NCBI GenBank assembly: GCA_000320545.1
Contig: ADNK01003288.1
Location: 26,835-90,834, forward strand
DNA: 64,000 nt
DNA from: Bigelowiella natans CCMP2755
Lineage: Eukaryota; Protista; Cercozoa
Direction: 5' to 3'
This document shows, piece after piece, positions 27,407 to 41,124 of this stretch; within the stretch, counting starts at the first letter, position 1; each line of letters opens with the position of its first letter. Made by a program: the position numbers and the translations under genes. A model generated the notes under the pieces. The model was given only the letters and a program-made list of their open reading frames with translations. It was not told the DNA's origin and did no database searches.

Positions 27407-27937
27407 TATACGCACAGCGTATTTTTGTTACTATTAAAGTGTATTATTATTATTATTATTGCTACTGCGTGTATAGATAGTAGATTGAAAGTGGTGTAAA
27501 TAACGTTAACCACCACCACTGCTGCGTTTAAGGCACCGAAGCAACGTTTATTGTTATTTATTATTATTATCATTATCGAGCAAGGTGTTATCATCGATAT
27601 TGCTTATTGTTCTTCGTCTTCTTTGTTCTCTCACTATTTAAATTGAGGAGGAGGAGGAGGAGGAGGAGGAGGAGGATGGGCAGCAGCTCTAATCGTAATA
27701 CCACTGTACTACTACTGCCCTCTCACCACATGTTTGTCACTGATTTTGATGATAGACACATACATCGGGATTGTTAGCAAGGCCTTGAACGAAGTTGTTA
27801 ATGCCTGGTGGTGGTTCCATTCCTGCTCAAGAACAAAGGAGTGAGTGCCGTGTGAGAAGAGAGAACAAGTGCCAGCATTAGGGTCATCAACATAATGTGA
27901 AGAGATGGTGTAACATTAATGAATGCTCAAGAAGTAG

Positions 27938-27975
<38 letters not shown>

Positions 27976-28013
27976 GTTGGGAAAGAAGAAGAAACCGGAG
28001 AGAGATCACTATG

Positions 28014-28052
<39 letters not shown>

Positions 28053-28114
28053 TACTACTACTATAATTGAGAGGAGAAATAAGGAACATGGCGGAAAAGT
28101 AGCAGCACTATGCA

Positions 28115-28156
<42 letters not shown>

Positions 28157-28272
28157 TTATACATGACTACTCAGCTGGAGGATGGAGACAAAACAGGCAG
28201 AAGAAGACATTTGTGTTGCCTCTATTGTGAGACGATGAAATCAATCTATTACTCATCTTCCCTTGTCTCATC

Positions 28273-28307
<35 letters not shown>

Positions 28308-29334
28308 TGTACCTCCTCCCCCTTCTCCTTCTCCACTACTCGACTTGTGTTCCTGCTGTCCCTCATTCTGATGAGTAACTTGAAAATTTGTTGGTTCTGA
28401 CGTTGGAGGCTCCTCTTGTGCACGATTATCATCATCTTTGCTGTTGTTTATGCTGCTACTGCTACTAACTCCTCCTTGTGCTGTTGATGCTGAGGACGAT
28501 GATGAGGATGATGCCGCTGCTGCAGAAGGCATTCCTCCTCCTCCTCCTCCTCCTCCTCCTCCAAACATTGACATCATGCTGCCAAGATCCGGGAGGTCTC
28601 CTGATGATGATATCATACACATACCATCCATCATTAGGCAAATTTCAATCAAAGTAGTACACAAATGTAAAAACGCACAAAGGCACATCATTATCATCAT
28701 CATCATCATTATTCAAAAGCAGTAACTTGTGAAAATAGTATTAATGTTAAAAAAAAAAGGAAAGAAGGAAAAAACCAATAATAATACCGTCTCCAGAGCC
28801 TAATGTTGCCATCATTTGTTGTATCTGAGTAGAAGTAGTGGCCAGAGAGAGAGAGCAGAGATCACAATATGGAGATCTTATATTATCATCGTTACACTAC
28901 GTTACACGAAAAAAAGGTCACAATTACTACTACTACTACTACTACTTCTACTACTATTACAACTACAATCACTGCTGCTATTACCTGCGGGTTGTTGGCG
29001 AGAGATGCAAAATCAAATCCTGACGAAGAAGCTGATGGCATTCCTATGTGGTGATGAGAGTGGTGGTGGTGGTGGTGATGATGTTGTTGATGATGATAAC
29101 TTTCTCTTTCACTATATATTTTCCTAGTCATCATAATACCGGGTATACCACCAGCACCAGCAGCAGCAGCACTCTTTTTATTGAGCTCCTCCTGTCGAGC
29201 CTGTGGTGGTGGTGATGACGATGACAATGATAATATTGATATTGCTTAATGATGACCTTTGCCAAGAGTTTTCTACAAGACGCTTGAGTTCCCTGGTATT
29301 ACGACATATATAAAATTATACATCAACCATCATT

Positions 29335-29373
<39 letters not shown>

Positions 29374-30343
29374 CGGCTGCTTTGCCATCGTCAAAGCTTT
29401 CTCAAGGTTTTTGATCGCAGAATCGTATCTGATATATGTATATATTACGAAGTTGCAATAGAATATTATCTATGATACAACAACAGCCACTACTACTACT
29501 ACTACTTCTACTACTACTACTACTACTACTACTATCACTTGACCGCTTACTACCTCTCAAATGCCATCTGAACTTGACCAAGTCTCATCCATGCTGAGGA
29601 GGAGGAGGAGGAGGGATGTTAGGTATTTGTTGTGGTGTTGGTGCTCCTGCTGCTGCTGCTACTGCCAACGAATGTGTCGCTCTCCCCTTCTATCATTATA
29701 AACCTCTTGCTGTTGTATATACCACCTAGATCATGCATGCAAACCTTCTGTTGTAGTCGCAATCTATGCACTATCACCATCATCATCGATCTTATACATC
29801 CCAGCAAGGGGGTGGGGGGGGGGGAGAAGAGAGAGAGAGAAGAGAGACCTTTATCATATACTCGGTATATTTGGATGGCTTTTTTACAGTCTTTCTCAGC
29901 TTCAAGATACCTATAGGAGCAAGAGGCAGTGGTATTATTATTATTATTATTAGTAGTAGTAATAGTAGCAGTATTAGGAGGGGAGGAGGAGGAGGAGGAG
30001 GAGGAGGAGGAGGAAAGTAAGGCCACACACAACAAAATGATGGTAGTAATAAATACTTCTAGTCACAGATCTACTACATCAACATTCATACATGCAAAAG
30101 AGATAGATAGGGTATGTGTGTTGTTGTTGGGGTAAAGAAGTAAAGTAGCATTATCATGATCATCATCATGGATCATCATCATCATCACTTTTGGAGCTTG
30201 TATTGAGCAACCGCCCTGTTGACAAAGTAAACAGGGTTCGTATCATCCAATTCGATAGCTTCTGTGTACTTCGCCACTGCTCCCTGATAATAGTAGGATG
30301 TATGGGCAATAGTAGGGGCACTAGTGAGTGAGTGTGTGTGTGC

Positions 30344-30389
<46 letters not shown>

Positions 30390-32501
30390 AATAAGAAAGA
30401 TGATGATGATGATGATGATGATGAGGATGGAGTTATTGTACTACTTATTACTACTGATCATATTCAACAACAACAACTATCATCACACTCTTAAAGGAAA
30501 GACTACTACTAGTAGTACTACCATAAAGTTTCCGGAAGTGATAATCTTATTGGCCTCTTTCTTGATGGCCTCAGCTAGTAAGAAGTGTAAGCAAGTAAGT
30601 TAGTAGGAGATAAGGATGATAAAATCGAAGATACTACGATATGGAAGCAATTCCAATAGACGGATTATGATCATCCGCAATCTCCATACCCCCCCTCCCC
30701 CCTCTATCCTGCAGCATTTCATATACGGTGTAAAAACTGAGCTGCCCTAATCAGTACACCCTTCATTATCCCCCCCTCTCCTCCCCTCCCCCCCCCCCCA
30801 GCTCTGCACCACCACCACCACCACCTTTCGCTTTGTCTTGAGCAGTAATGAGTCGCTTCTTTCTCTTGGTGGTGGTTTCAGTGGTTGGAGCTCCTCCATC
30901 TTTGCTATCACTACCGCTTCCTTATAATGGATAGATGCAAGGGCAGCAGCATATGGATGAGCATGATGCGCCACACAGAGAAGGACAGAAAGACAAACAG
31001 AGAAACAGAGGAGAAGAGAAGCATCTCTCTCAATGACGACGATCCCATGAGAATAACAATGCGTACGACTGCTGCTGTGCCGATGATGGGTGGTGGGATT
31101 ATAATCTCTATTGTAAACCGAAGAATTCATTCGACTATGATTGCTTCATTCGAAATATGATGATGATAATGATGTTGTGTCCGTATCATCAACCGAGGGA
31201 TAGGTAGGTAGGTAGGTAGGTAGGTAGAGGTAGGGTGTGTACTGTGTAACTATTAACAGTAATTCAGCAATCATCGTTTTTGAGGACAGGCACTTAAAAG
31301 TAAAATGTCCTCTGGAGTATCGTTGGTTTTAAATGCATGTATTGCATTAGATTTGACGCCTACTACATCGACTGTCCGTCGGTCCATTATGCTATTTATC
31401 CTGTAATAATACATAGTGTGCAACGTTGCCTAAGACTACCTGGCATTTCTCCTCCATTCGAATTACTGCTGCTGCCCGTGGTATTATTATGCTGAATTGG
31501 GTTAGAAGAGGATCTTTCATAAATGGCAGTACCCTTCTACTACCCATTGCCATTGGCAGATAGTAGAGATTCATACACTAAATGATGCTGAATGCACATT
31601 ACTTTCTTCAATTTTGCTTTGAATCCAGCAAGAACCTTTTCATATCTGGAAGAAGAGGAGATCGAGTAGCAGGGCCAACCATTATTTGAATATTGGAGCA
31701 GATGGATGATATGTTACTACAACTTTTTCTATTCTGTGTGTCCACACAATAGGAGTACATGCCCCTCCATCACCTTCTATTGTAAGCTTCCTTATTTTCT
31801 TCAGTGCCCTTGAAGTAGCCTTTCGCCTTGAGATTAGCTAAAAGCTTCTGAAAGCTGATTGAGAAGAAGGGTTATAAGTTTCGTGTTACTTAGATTGTAG
31901 GTTAGTATTATCCATTGAGGAAGTCTTCTGATTAACACAACAGTGGTAGTAGTAGTAGTTTTAGCTTTATACCCAGGATGGGATTCAAGCTGCTTTCTTT
32001 CCTCCTTCTGTTTTTTCTCGGAAATATCTGCATTGAGCTTAAGCGCAGCAACGCCAGCACTAAAGATAGTGAACAGGGACGCTGGTTTCCTGATATTATT
32101 GTCATTAATAATATTGTTTTTATTGTTATTACTATCAAGATCGTTGGCAATATCTGCTCACAGCTTCAGTAAGTTCATAGAAATTCATTCACCCTGAAAT
32201 AAGAACTAAGCTTTCTTCGTCGTCTTCAGAATTTGATATTCCCGTGGCCTCAGTCAAGCACTGAGACGCAACCTAGCGTAGCAATTACATTGAAAGTAGT
32301 ACAGGTAAGAGCGATCCCAGATAAGCATGCCTCCTCCCTCATCATAGTATTTTACAACACCTCGCAGCTCTCAGCCTGATCCTGCCCGATGTGAATTCCT
32401 AATTCCTCGAAGCTGAGGGTTGGAATCTTAGAGATATAGTCTAGAATGGCTCTGCAGAGTTGTTTGTGGTTTGTGGGATTATTGACGGAGGAGGCCTCCA
32501 T
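26767..32501 (-). CDS. SGTA: SGTA/Sgt2-like TPR co-chaperone (dimerisation domain, TPR, STI1/DP tail), many exons
   Basis: KQLCRAILDYI...AESCE|VASQCL; TPR exons (AVAKYTEAIELDDTNPVYFVNRAVA, AEKDCKKAIQI, AWMRLG); Gly/Met-rich tail with FDFASLANNPQ and MKDDPELQPILEEIANGG. Confidence 0.8.
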
Positions 32502-32913
32502 TGCTTCTTTGTTGTCGAGTTGAACTCTGTAGATGTTGTTGTTGTTGTTGTTGTCAGGAGAGCACTATTCATGATTGATGCCGACAAAATAAATCAATAA
32601 GTCAATGCATGTGAGAATAATTATTAAAAATGCGGGTCTCGATAATAGTCGATTTTTTCGCTCGGTACGCACGACAGGCTTGCCTACGACTGTACAACTT
32701 CGAAGAAGCATGCGCCCATTCGAGCTCATAAATGCACTGCTGCGTGCTCTGCAGACTTGCATAAGGAGGGCCTTCTTGTCGTACGTAGTACTACCTGCTG
32801 CGCCGTAGTTGTTCTCCCCCCACCCCCCCATTCTATTCTTCGATCGACCACTCTCTCACTCACTCTCTCTCGGTAGAGGGCACGCGTAACAAACGATATC
32901 CATCTAGTCCACG

Positions 32914-34245
32914 ATGGGCTACGACGTTGAAGATTTTGTAGATGAGCCGTGCTCAGAGCTACTATGTGTGATTTGTATGAAAGTACTGGAGGATCCAAAG
33001 TGTTGCCAGGACGGACATACGTTCTGTCGTGTATGCATTCGGACGTGGCTTAAAGATAACCACACTTGTCCCGTCTCTCGCCGTCTGCTTAAAGTGTCAG
33101 GTCTCACGACTGTTCGCCCAATAGGTTCGATAGTGGATAACCTCAAGGTAAGATGTAGGAATAGAGCAACAGAAACCAGCGCTGTGGCGACAAGATCTTC
33201 GAAGAGACTTCGAACCGCTGCTGCAAGGAAATCTGGACAGTTGCAAGGGGAAGTGACATGCTGCAATTGGATAGGGACACTCTCCGAGCGTAAGGCTCAT
33301 CAAGAAAAGAACTGTAAGTATCACGATGTTCAATGTGGCACCTGCGCCGATATGGTCAATCGCAGCCAATTAGTGAGGCATAAGAGAAAGTGCAGGAGAG
33401 CTTGGAAGAAATGTCAATACTGCGACACAATAGTGTATTCAACCAAGCTGGTTGACCACTGGAAAACAAAATGTCCTGAGGTTGCTATATCGTGCCCCAA
33501 AAAATGTGGAGAAGACACTATTCTTCGAAAGAATCTAAGCCAGCACCAGCTTAAATGTGAGATGGAAAAGGTGAAATGTCCCTTCCATGAATTCGGGTGT
33601 AAGACACAGATACTACGAGGTGAGATTGACGATCACCAGATTCAAGCAGCTGAATATCACAAAAGATTATGCCGGGCTATGGCAAATGGTAAACACCAGC
33701 GTGATGGTCGTAGTAATAGGCATAGCGGTGCTTCTCCAAACATCCGCCCCATTTATCACTTCAGCCCGCTTGGACTTCGATTTCGATCGCCGTTACGCAA
33801 TATTTCATCATCATCATCTTCTTCTTCTTCTTCTTCTTCTTCTTCTTCTTTTTCAATGGATTCAAGCATTTCTATGTCAAGTGCTCCTAGTAATTCTGCT
33901 GAGAGTGAAAATGAGGAGAACGACTCTAGCGACGTCTCCACCCATGTAACTTTTATGCTTTCTTCGTCCAGTGAAATCGAGGAATCCAGTGATGACGACG
34001 ATGATGAGAATAACAACTACTATCCCCATGGCAGTAGCGACGATGACGATGGCAGTGACGATGGCAGCAACGACAACGACAGCTCCAGTGACACTCAAAA
34101 TGATTCTAGCAGCACTTCTGCCTCAAGTGTTGCCAGTCACGATGTTTCTAGCGATCACTCCGATGTCTCCACTCAAGTGAGTGATGGGCTTTCATCCAGC
34201 GATGATGATGATGATGATGATGACAATTCTAGTGACGACCCCTAG
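32914..34245 (+). CDS. RING-HC + TRAF zinc-finger E3 ligase-like protein (NRDP1/PDZRN-type N-terminus), intronless, Ser/Asp tail
   Basis: MGYD...LLCVICMKVL...GHTFCRVCI...CPVSR, then V.C.N, CNWIG and repeated TRAF fingers, ending CPFHEFGC. Confidence 0.88.
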   Translation: MGYDVEDFVDEPCSELLCVICMKVLEDPKCCQDGHTFCRVCIRTWLKDNHTCPVSRRLLKVSGLTTVRPIGSIVDNLKVRCRNRATETSAVATRSSKRLRTAAARKSGQLQGEVTCCNWIGTLSERKAHQEKNCKYHDVQCGTCADMVNRSQLVRHKRKCRRAWKKCQYCDTIVYSTKLVDHWKTKCPEVAISCPKKCGEDTILRKNLSQHQLKCEMEKVKCPFHEFGCKTQILRGEIDDHQIQAAEYHKRLCRAMANGKHQRDGRSNRHSGASPNIRPIYHFSPLGLRFRSPLRNISSSSSSSSSSSSSSSFSMDSSISMSSAPSNSAESENEENDSSDVSTHVTFMLSSSSEIEESSDDDDDENNNYYPHGSSDDDDGSDDGSNDNDSSSDTQNDSSSTSASSVASHDVSSDHSDVSTQVSDGLSSSDDDDDDDDNSSDDP

Positions 34246-34559
34246 TCATCGAGTGATGAGATAGATGGCGTTAGGGTCAGCGTGAGTAGTACCGATTGGT
34301 GATGATGCTGATGGTGACGGTGTTGGCGACGAACTGCGACGTGCCTTCACCTCAAGCGATGTGATGGTTGTAGCAGCGATGACCCGTTTCGGCCAGCTTG
34401 TGGAGTGCAGCTATCAAGATATGGACAGATTTGGACCAAAAAATGCATGTACAGTCAGAGAATGGGCAATGTCCGCCTTCGTCACATCGTTTGCATTCAT
34501 CATTTCAATGGCTAATCCTCAAAGTTGGCTCGTTGCATTGAACCGGAGCCTTTATATGT

Positions 34560-35515
34560 AAACATATGGGGGCTCTGGTCCGTAACGCCTTGAAAACATG
34601 TGACATGGAGCACATGTGCTTTAGAACATGTGTGCCATTATCATTAGTACATGTGCGTACATGAACATGTGTGCATCATGAACACATGGGGGCTCTGGTT
34701 TGAGAACTAAAGAAAGTCAATGTGAAAAATTGTGGGCCAAAGCGTGTCTGAGATGCATTGACATCATTGATGACAAGATGTGTTCTGCCTTTGCTTCACA
34801 CTACGCACCTCGAGCTAGCGAGGCCACCCTTGTTGCATCGCATGCAGCACACGGCACGCATCTTTGTGTTCGCCACAGCACGTCAGCTTTGCATTGCATG
34901 GTGATGTGCCTGGCCATGGCAGGCTAGCAGGTTCCACGATCGATGCATCACTCGATCAAGATGTTGTTCCTACAAACCGACATCCAGTTCCAAAGTTCTC
35001 ATTGAAGACGTGAAGGCAAGATCTGATTCATGGCGTTTGCGGGGAGAGGAGGAGTCATGCAGCCTTCTTGTTCTGCTCGATGTTCAGCCTGTGCTGCTGC
35101 ACCTCGATGTGCTCTCAGTCAACGTGTTCCATGTGTCCATTCAGCATCAACAGCGCTTCCCATTCTTTCATGCGGCCCAGTCTTGCATTTTTTTGCTCCA
35201 TTGAATGCGCGCAGCATCCACATGGCAGACAGTGGTCTTGAGTCCGCTTCCTCCCAGATCAAGCATCTAGACAAGTCCTGAGCTCTGGAGCTCGCAAAAC
35301 CACTCGAAAGAACTTGGGTGCTGCTGCTGAACGTGTGGCTTGTCGGCCTGACCTGGTCTCAGTGGTGACGCTCAGGCAAGTGTCATGGCTAGATGGGCCG
35401 TCTTCATGATTTCTTGAGCTGTGATGGGGCAAACGAAGTGTTGATGAGGCACGTTCTCATGCTCGCTCTTGTCATCCATTTTTCCAAGACACAAATTGAT
35501 GTGTGTGTGTCCTGT
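34560..35515. other. TA-depleted island 5
   Basis: Only 7 TA in 34681-35517, all preceded by C. Confidence 0.85.
35355..35479 (-). pseudogene. Degraded U-box relic
   Basis: MDDKSEHENVPHQHFVCPITAQEIMK resembles the U-box pattern P..F.CPIT.EIM. It is followed by a frameshifted H.TC.ER (GHTYER-like) and a stop. Confidence 0.6.
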
Positions 35516-35769
35516 TTTAATCGGACAAACTTCGTAATTATTATTATTATTTCCATTATTTCCATACGAACAGAGCAACATCGGCCAGCATGAACAGCAA
35601 AAGTCATGACGTCGTCTTATGAGTACGATCATGCTGTGTGATCGATGATGAGAGGACATTGGTGGAGGGCAGGAAGAGGTGTAGCACTGGCAGAAGCAGT
35701 GGCAGCACACTTCTTCACCTTCGGTAGATGACAAACTAGCACTCAAAATCACATCAACAGAAGAAAAGG

Positions 35770-37100
35770 ATGCCCAAACGGAAACGTAGACAAGGGCGAC
35801 GAGGGGGGGGGAAGACGTTCCTCAGGGCAGATTCGCATCTTGTAACAGTATTCAAAAGAGAGCTAGCAAGGTGTCGTCGACATAACTCCATGGTTCTATA
35901 ATAATTGTGTTTGTCATTCATATCACATGATCATGGCGAACATCATCACAGGACACGAGAAGCCAGAGAACGAAGAGAGTGGCTCGGTGATGTGCTTCTC
36001 CAAGAGAGAGTTTTTTGGGCACTCTCCAAACGCCATTTTATGATGCAGCATTACTCGAAGGCTAGCCCTCCTCCTCCTTCTCCTCCTCCTCCTCCTCCTC
36101 ACCATAATCATTTTCATCATCATCATTCAAAGAAATGGGGCACCGCAGCAGACGACGAATGTACAGCAGCAGCAACAACAACAGTAGACGGCATCATCGT
36201 GTCCAAACATCATCCAACGGCTTCCAAATTCCCAGCGGAAAAAGAAGCTCTGAGAGTATGCAAGAAAATCTGTGACACTGTGGTCTCAAACGCTAATCTG
36301 TCTTCTGTCGCGTCGAGAATTCTCCCCAAACGCCTCGGTGGCTCATCATCACTGAATGATGTACTGATCGCAGCGTCGTCCAATCTTGAGAAAAGTAAGA
36401 AGAAAAGACCATATTTTCTGCCCCTCCTTGTGTTTGTGAACATAATAGCTTTTAAATCAAACTTATTGCAGAAGCTCGAGGCATGAAGCGTAGGGCCGAT
36501 ATCACAGAGGTTATCAGTAGCAGTAGTAGTAGTAGAAGCATGTCTGTGAGTAACACGTCACGACAGCGTAAATTAATCCACCAGAATTGAAAGTAGTACT
36601 GCTACTATTACAATGCAAGCCGGATAATACATACGAATATCATCCAGTGTGTTGTCGGCTCGGTAATTTTAGCTGCAGCAGCTGCTGCAGGGGAAGGGGG
36701 AGGGGGAGAAAGAGGAGGAAGAAATCCAGCAGGTAGAGTACAATAATAGTACCAACAACACGACGAGGAGGGAGGGATAAACACCGCCCTTCCTTCATCA
36801 ACCTTTCTAATTCAATGATGAAGCCGAATAAATACCACGTCTGCTTTGCTTATGTTCGGTATAATCGGCATCTAGTAGGAGCAATTATTTCTGCAGTTGA
36901 CGATGTCATCTCTCGCTTACTTAACTCAACTTCGGTATCATCATTAGTAGTAGCAGTAGTACTAATAGTAGTAGTAGTAGTTGAAGGAGAAGAAAAAGAA
37001 GAAGCAGTAATACACACTCAATTTTAATTTTTACCTTAGAGTGTACCTCGTTGCAAAGCAAAGTTTGTATTTGCTAATGAGATATAATCAGAAGTATCCC

Positions 37101-37131
<31 letters not shown>

Positions 37132-38628
37132 GTCATCATCGTCCTTGTAGTAACAAGAGAATAGTTACTGCTAAGATGTAATCAGAACTATCCCCATCAT
37201 CCTCGTACAAGAGAAAACCAAGCGTAACCGCATCATTATCATTACCATCACCATTTTTGTTGTTTTTGCAGGTGATTTCAATGACTTCAAGTCTGTGGAA
37301 AATCTACAGAAACAAGGCATCATCGTCATCATCGTCGTCGTCGTCGTCGTATCCGTCTCCATCTTCTCCCTTTGGAACAAACCCATTTGCTCCTCTCGGT
37401 GGAGGGGGAGAGGATAGAAGCAGCACAGTTGTTGTAAACGACGACGATGACGATGACGATGATAATGATGATGATGATGATGATGCGGAGACAAAAACGA
37501 AGACACGTAATCATCATCGTCGTCACCATTACAAGAAGCAGATCCAGCAGCAGCTTGACATAGGAGAGAATGCAAAACATACAAATGGTAAGTCCTCATC
37601 GATAATTCCCACATTTCAAGGGATTGTAGTTCGTCAAGCTCTGAGAGATCTCTGGGAAAGGACAACAACAACAACAACAACAACATCATCATCTTCTCCT
37701 CCTACTGCTGCTGCTGCTGCTACTGGCACTCGCAACGACTCAAATTTAATAGCTGGTGATAAGGATGCAATAGGAGGAGGAGGAGGAGGAAGAAGGGGGT
37801 TCTTTATAACCTATGGTAAGATTTTACTCAAAGCTGCAATAAGCTGTTGGCTATTCAGAGGATTCGATACAATTCAACGGTATGCCCCTCTCCCATCCCA
37901 CACATTGTTCCTCCAAATGATGCTGTCATTACCATCATCATCACCATCAATCATCATCACTATCAGAAAAGGTGGAGGTCCACTTAGCAGCCCTGGTAGC
38001 TTGACCTTTTGCAGGCAAAAATGCTTGAGGAGATCAGTTATAAGAAGGGTCTTCAATACCTTTAAAATGTAGTTGCAATAGCAATAGCAGTAGCAGTAGC
38101 AGTAGCAGTAGCAGTAGCAGTGGTAGTTCTTCTTTTCCATCTTCATCTTGCTACATTAGGAGGAGGAGAGTGATGATGATGATTCTGTGAATGTTGTTTA
38201 TTCCCTTTGCACGTTTACGTTGTCTTTCTCTTGGTCTTCTTCTTGTAGCAGCAGTAGCAGCAGCAGCAGCACATGAATCGATAGTCTCTACTTGTCCCCT
38301 CCCTAGTTGGAGTGCGATTTAGAGCTTTCCATACGTTCGAGCTTAAAGCTCACATTGTTTCTTTCCTACACAGGATGATGATGATGATGAAGAAGATGAC
38401 AAAAAAGGATGGGAGGGAAAGGAAGATCATACCAACCACCCCCTTGCAACCTACTACTACTATAGCAGCAGCAGAATTCATCAGAATAACTAGTAGCACA
38501 CAAGAAGGGGCAGTAACGGCTGCTGCGTCTGCTAGTGCTGCTGCTACTGCTTGTACTGCTGCTACACCCGTCATCGCACACGAAACCTACTTTTCTCCGT
38601 CATCTTTGCCCAAGGTCACGATCCGAAG

Positions 38629-38682
<54 letters not shown>

Positions 38683-40450
38683 GTAATATTAACTTTTTTC
38701 ATCAGCGAATGTGAGCTGCAGCATATCTCGATGCTGATTATTTTGAAGATGCTACTCCTCTATACATCAATTTTTCATAGAGCGAAAACGACGACGATGG
38801 AGAAAGAGCACTGTTGGAAGGGATTGGTAAGTTAGGCATGATATTATCGGCTGAGGAGGAGGAGGAGGAGGAGGAGGAGGACGTTGCGAACATCTCTTAT
38901 AAAGAAAGAACAGGAGGAAAAAGGGAAATCATGGAAATCATCAGCCTTATCTCTGGACTTTGTGTTATCGGGTATCCCTTTTGATTATCTTCACACAATG
39001 ATAATGCTAACAAAAGCTACTACTACTATTACTACTACTACTACTAGTAGTAGTAGTAGTAGTAACATCTACAGTAGTACTAGAGGGGAAACACATAGCC
39101 TGCTTCTTGTCGTTGACTTTGTTGTTTGCTTCTTCATCTTTCAAAACTACTTCTCACGTTTGCACATAGAAGGGGGACAACGATACTGATGAAAGTTAGC
39201 TGTATGTTATGATAAGAGTAGAGCAGGGTGATGATGAATTATGATCTCTTTCTTTTCCAGGGGATCACAGGAGGAAGAAGACATGGCAAATGGCATCGAA
39301 GAGACCGAGAAAATAGCTGCAAAAGTCAAGAACGTTCTTCTCAGTGCCGCCTTTTCTTGCGACAACAACAACAACGCCAAAGATGATGATGCCCTGTCGA
39401 GTTCCAAGCGGGAATCAAAGCTGTGTGCTATTTACCCTCCTCGTCGTTATCAGTATTCTCAGCAGCAGCACCAGCCTCCATCCCCACCAATGGAACTTCT
39501 GTTTCTAGGGTAGAGAGCAGGAAAATCCATTTTGTGTTGTGGGCGTGATGATGACGACGATGACGACGACGATGATGATGATGATGATGATGATCATAAT
39601 GATAATGGTAGACAACAACCTGTGCAGACGATACATCAACAAAATAAACTGGAGCGCATTTCTTCTTCTTCTTCTTCTTCTTCTTCTCTTCTTCTTCTTC
39701 AGTCACTCATACACGCCCCATCATCATCATCAGCATTAGCATCATCATCATCACCATACGAAAACCATAGATACAAACCCTACATTACCATTGAAACACA
39801 GATCCAAAGACTGGCCAGACACGCTTTATGCTGCGGGAGCTCTGATCTCCTTACGGAAAAGTAGGAAGAAACATGGATTAACGGCTTCTTCCTCCTCCTC
39901 CTCATCATCATCCCAAGCAAAGAGACAGCGTAGACGTGAAAAGAGGCAGCAGCAGCAGCATGCACTTATGGATCAAGAAAGTAAAGAGGAGAATGAGGAG
40001 GAATCCTGCTCATCACGATCCAAACACCTTTTGTCTCTTGGCCACCGAGCTCTACGACGCATTCCTGCAGTCTCGAGGCGTCTTTTAAGGTGTTCATTAG
40101 GAGCACCAGTGGTTATCTATAATAGTACATCAAGTAGGGTGATGTAGGCGTAGTGATCATGTGCTAGTTTTATGTTCATCATCACCATCACCATCAGATA
40201 GCACTAGCAGCAGCAGCAGCAGCAGCATTTTTCTTCATCAATCGGCATTGTTTCACACAAGCAAGTTGTATTACGTATCATCGTTGCAGGCGTGTTTGCG
40301 ATGACCCGGCAGTGCAAGGATTAGATGCTTTACTACGACATTATTCTGTATGTGTATGTTTCTATCCAACTTTTCTCTTTTTACTTTATTTCCTTTTGTC
40401 AATCATATTTTCCATGCGTCTCTGTATAATATTCTTTCCTTACCTATTAT

Positions 40451-40489
<39 letters not shown>

Positions 40490-41124
40490 CAATTTAGCCT
40501 TCGTTTCAGCAGCGCGGAGACTACTGAATAATCTTTTATTCTTTAAGGCTCTCTTCGGTGCTTACACATCAAAGGAGGAGAACATCAAAGCTTCCATTGA
40601 TCTCGTAGTAGCAGAACACGTTTAGTAACAACCGAATAATGTGATTTAATATCCTATTTGTTTACATAGAGGATGCCTAGCCAGATCTTCCAGCAGTTGG
40701 AAATGCCAAATAGTAGCACAAACTTCCTGCCGTCAAAACCGTTTAGTGTCGGAGTTCCTGGGAAGTCTGCAGATGATCACCCATCAATTTTGGTAAGCGC
40801 TAGGAATTAGTGTACATGCATGAAGAAGATGCCATTGTTCAAGATTTGTTCTCAACAATAGTGATGTAAACATTTTGTTTGTGTCATTTTTAGGTCGTTT
40901 TAGCTGACAGTTTTCATCGGAAATTGCTCCATCTCTTAGCTCAATTGTACTCGTTTCCCAGCGAAAGCACATCGTTTGGCCGAACTTCAGAGATGAGGGA
41001 TGAACGTGCACACACCGGTTTGAAAGCAGTACGAGTTACACTCCCAGAGGAAAGCATGAAAGCACTAGCATGTTTAGTGGACAACGGAATTGACATTCAA
41101 GATTACATTTCATCCCCTGGCTAG
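35770..41124 (+). CDS. RNase III-domain protein with NLS, degenerate second RNase III-like domain and C-terminal R3H domain; many exons
   Basis: MPKRKRR start; ERREWLGDVLL; VVSNANLSSVA; spliced KRRADITE|CVVGSVIL (exons 36472-36509 and 36648-). Second-domain traces ITYGKILLKAAISCWLF, SPGSLTFCRQ and ERALLEGIG. Last exon DSFHRKLLHLLAQLY (RxxxH). Confidence 0.72.
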
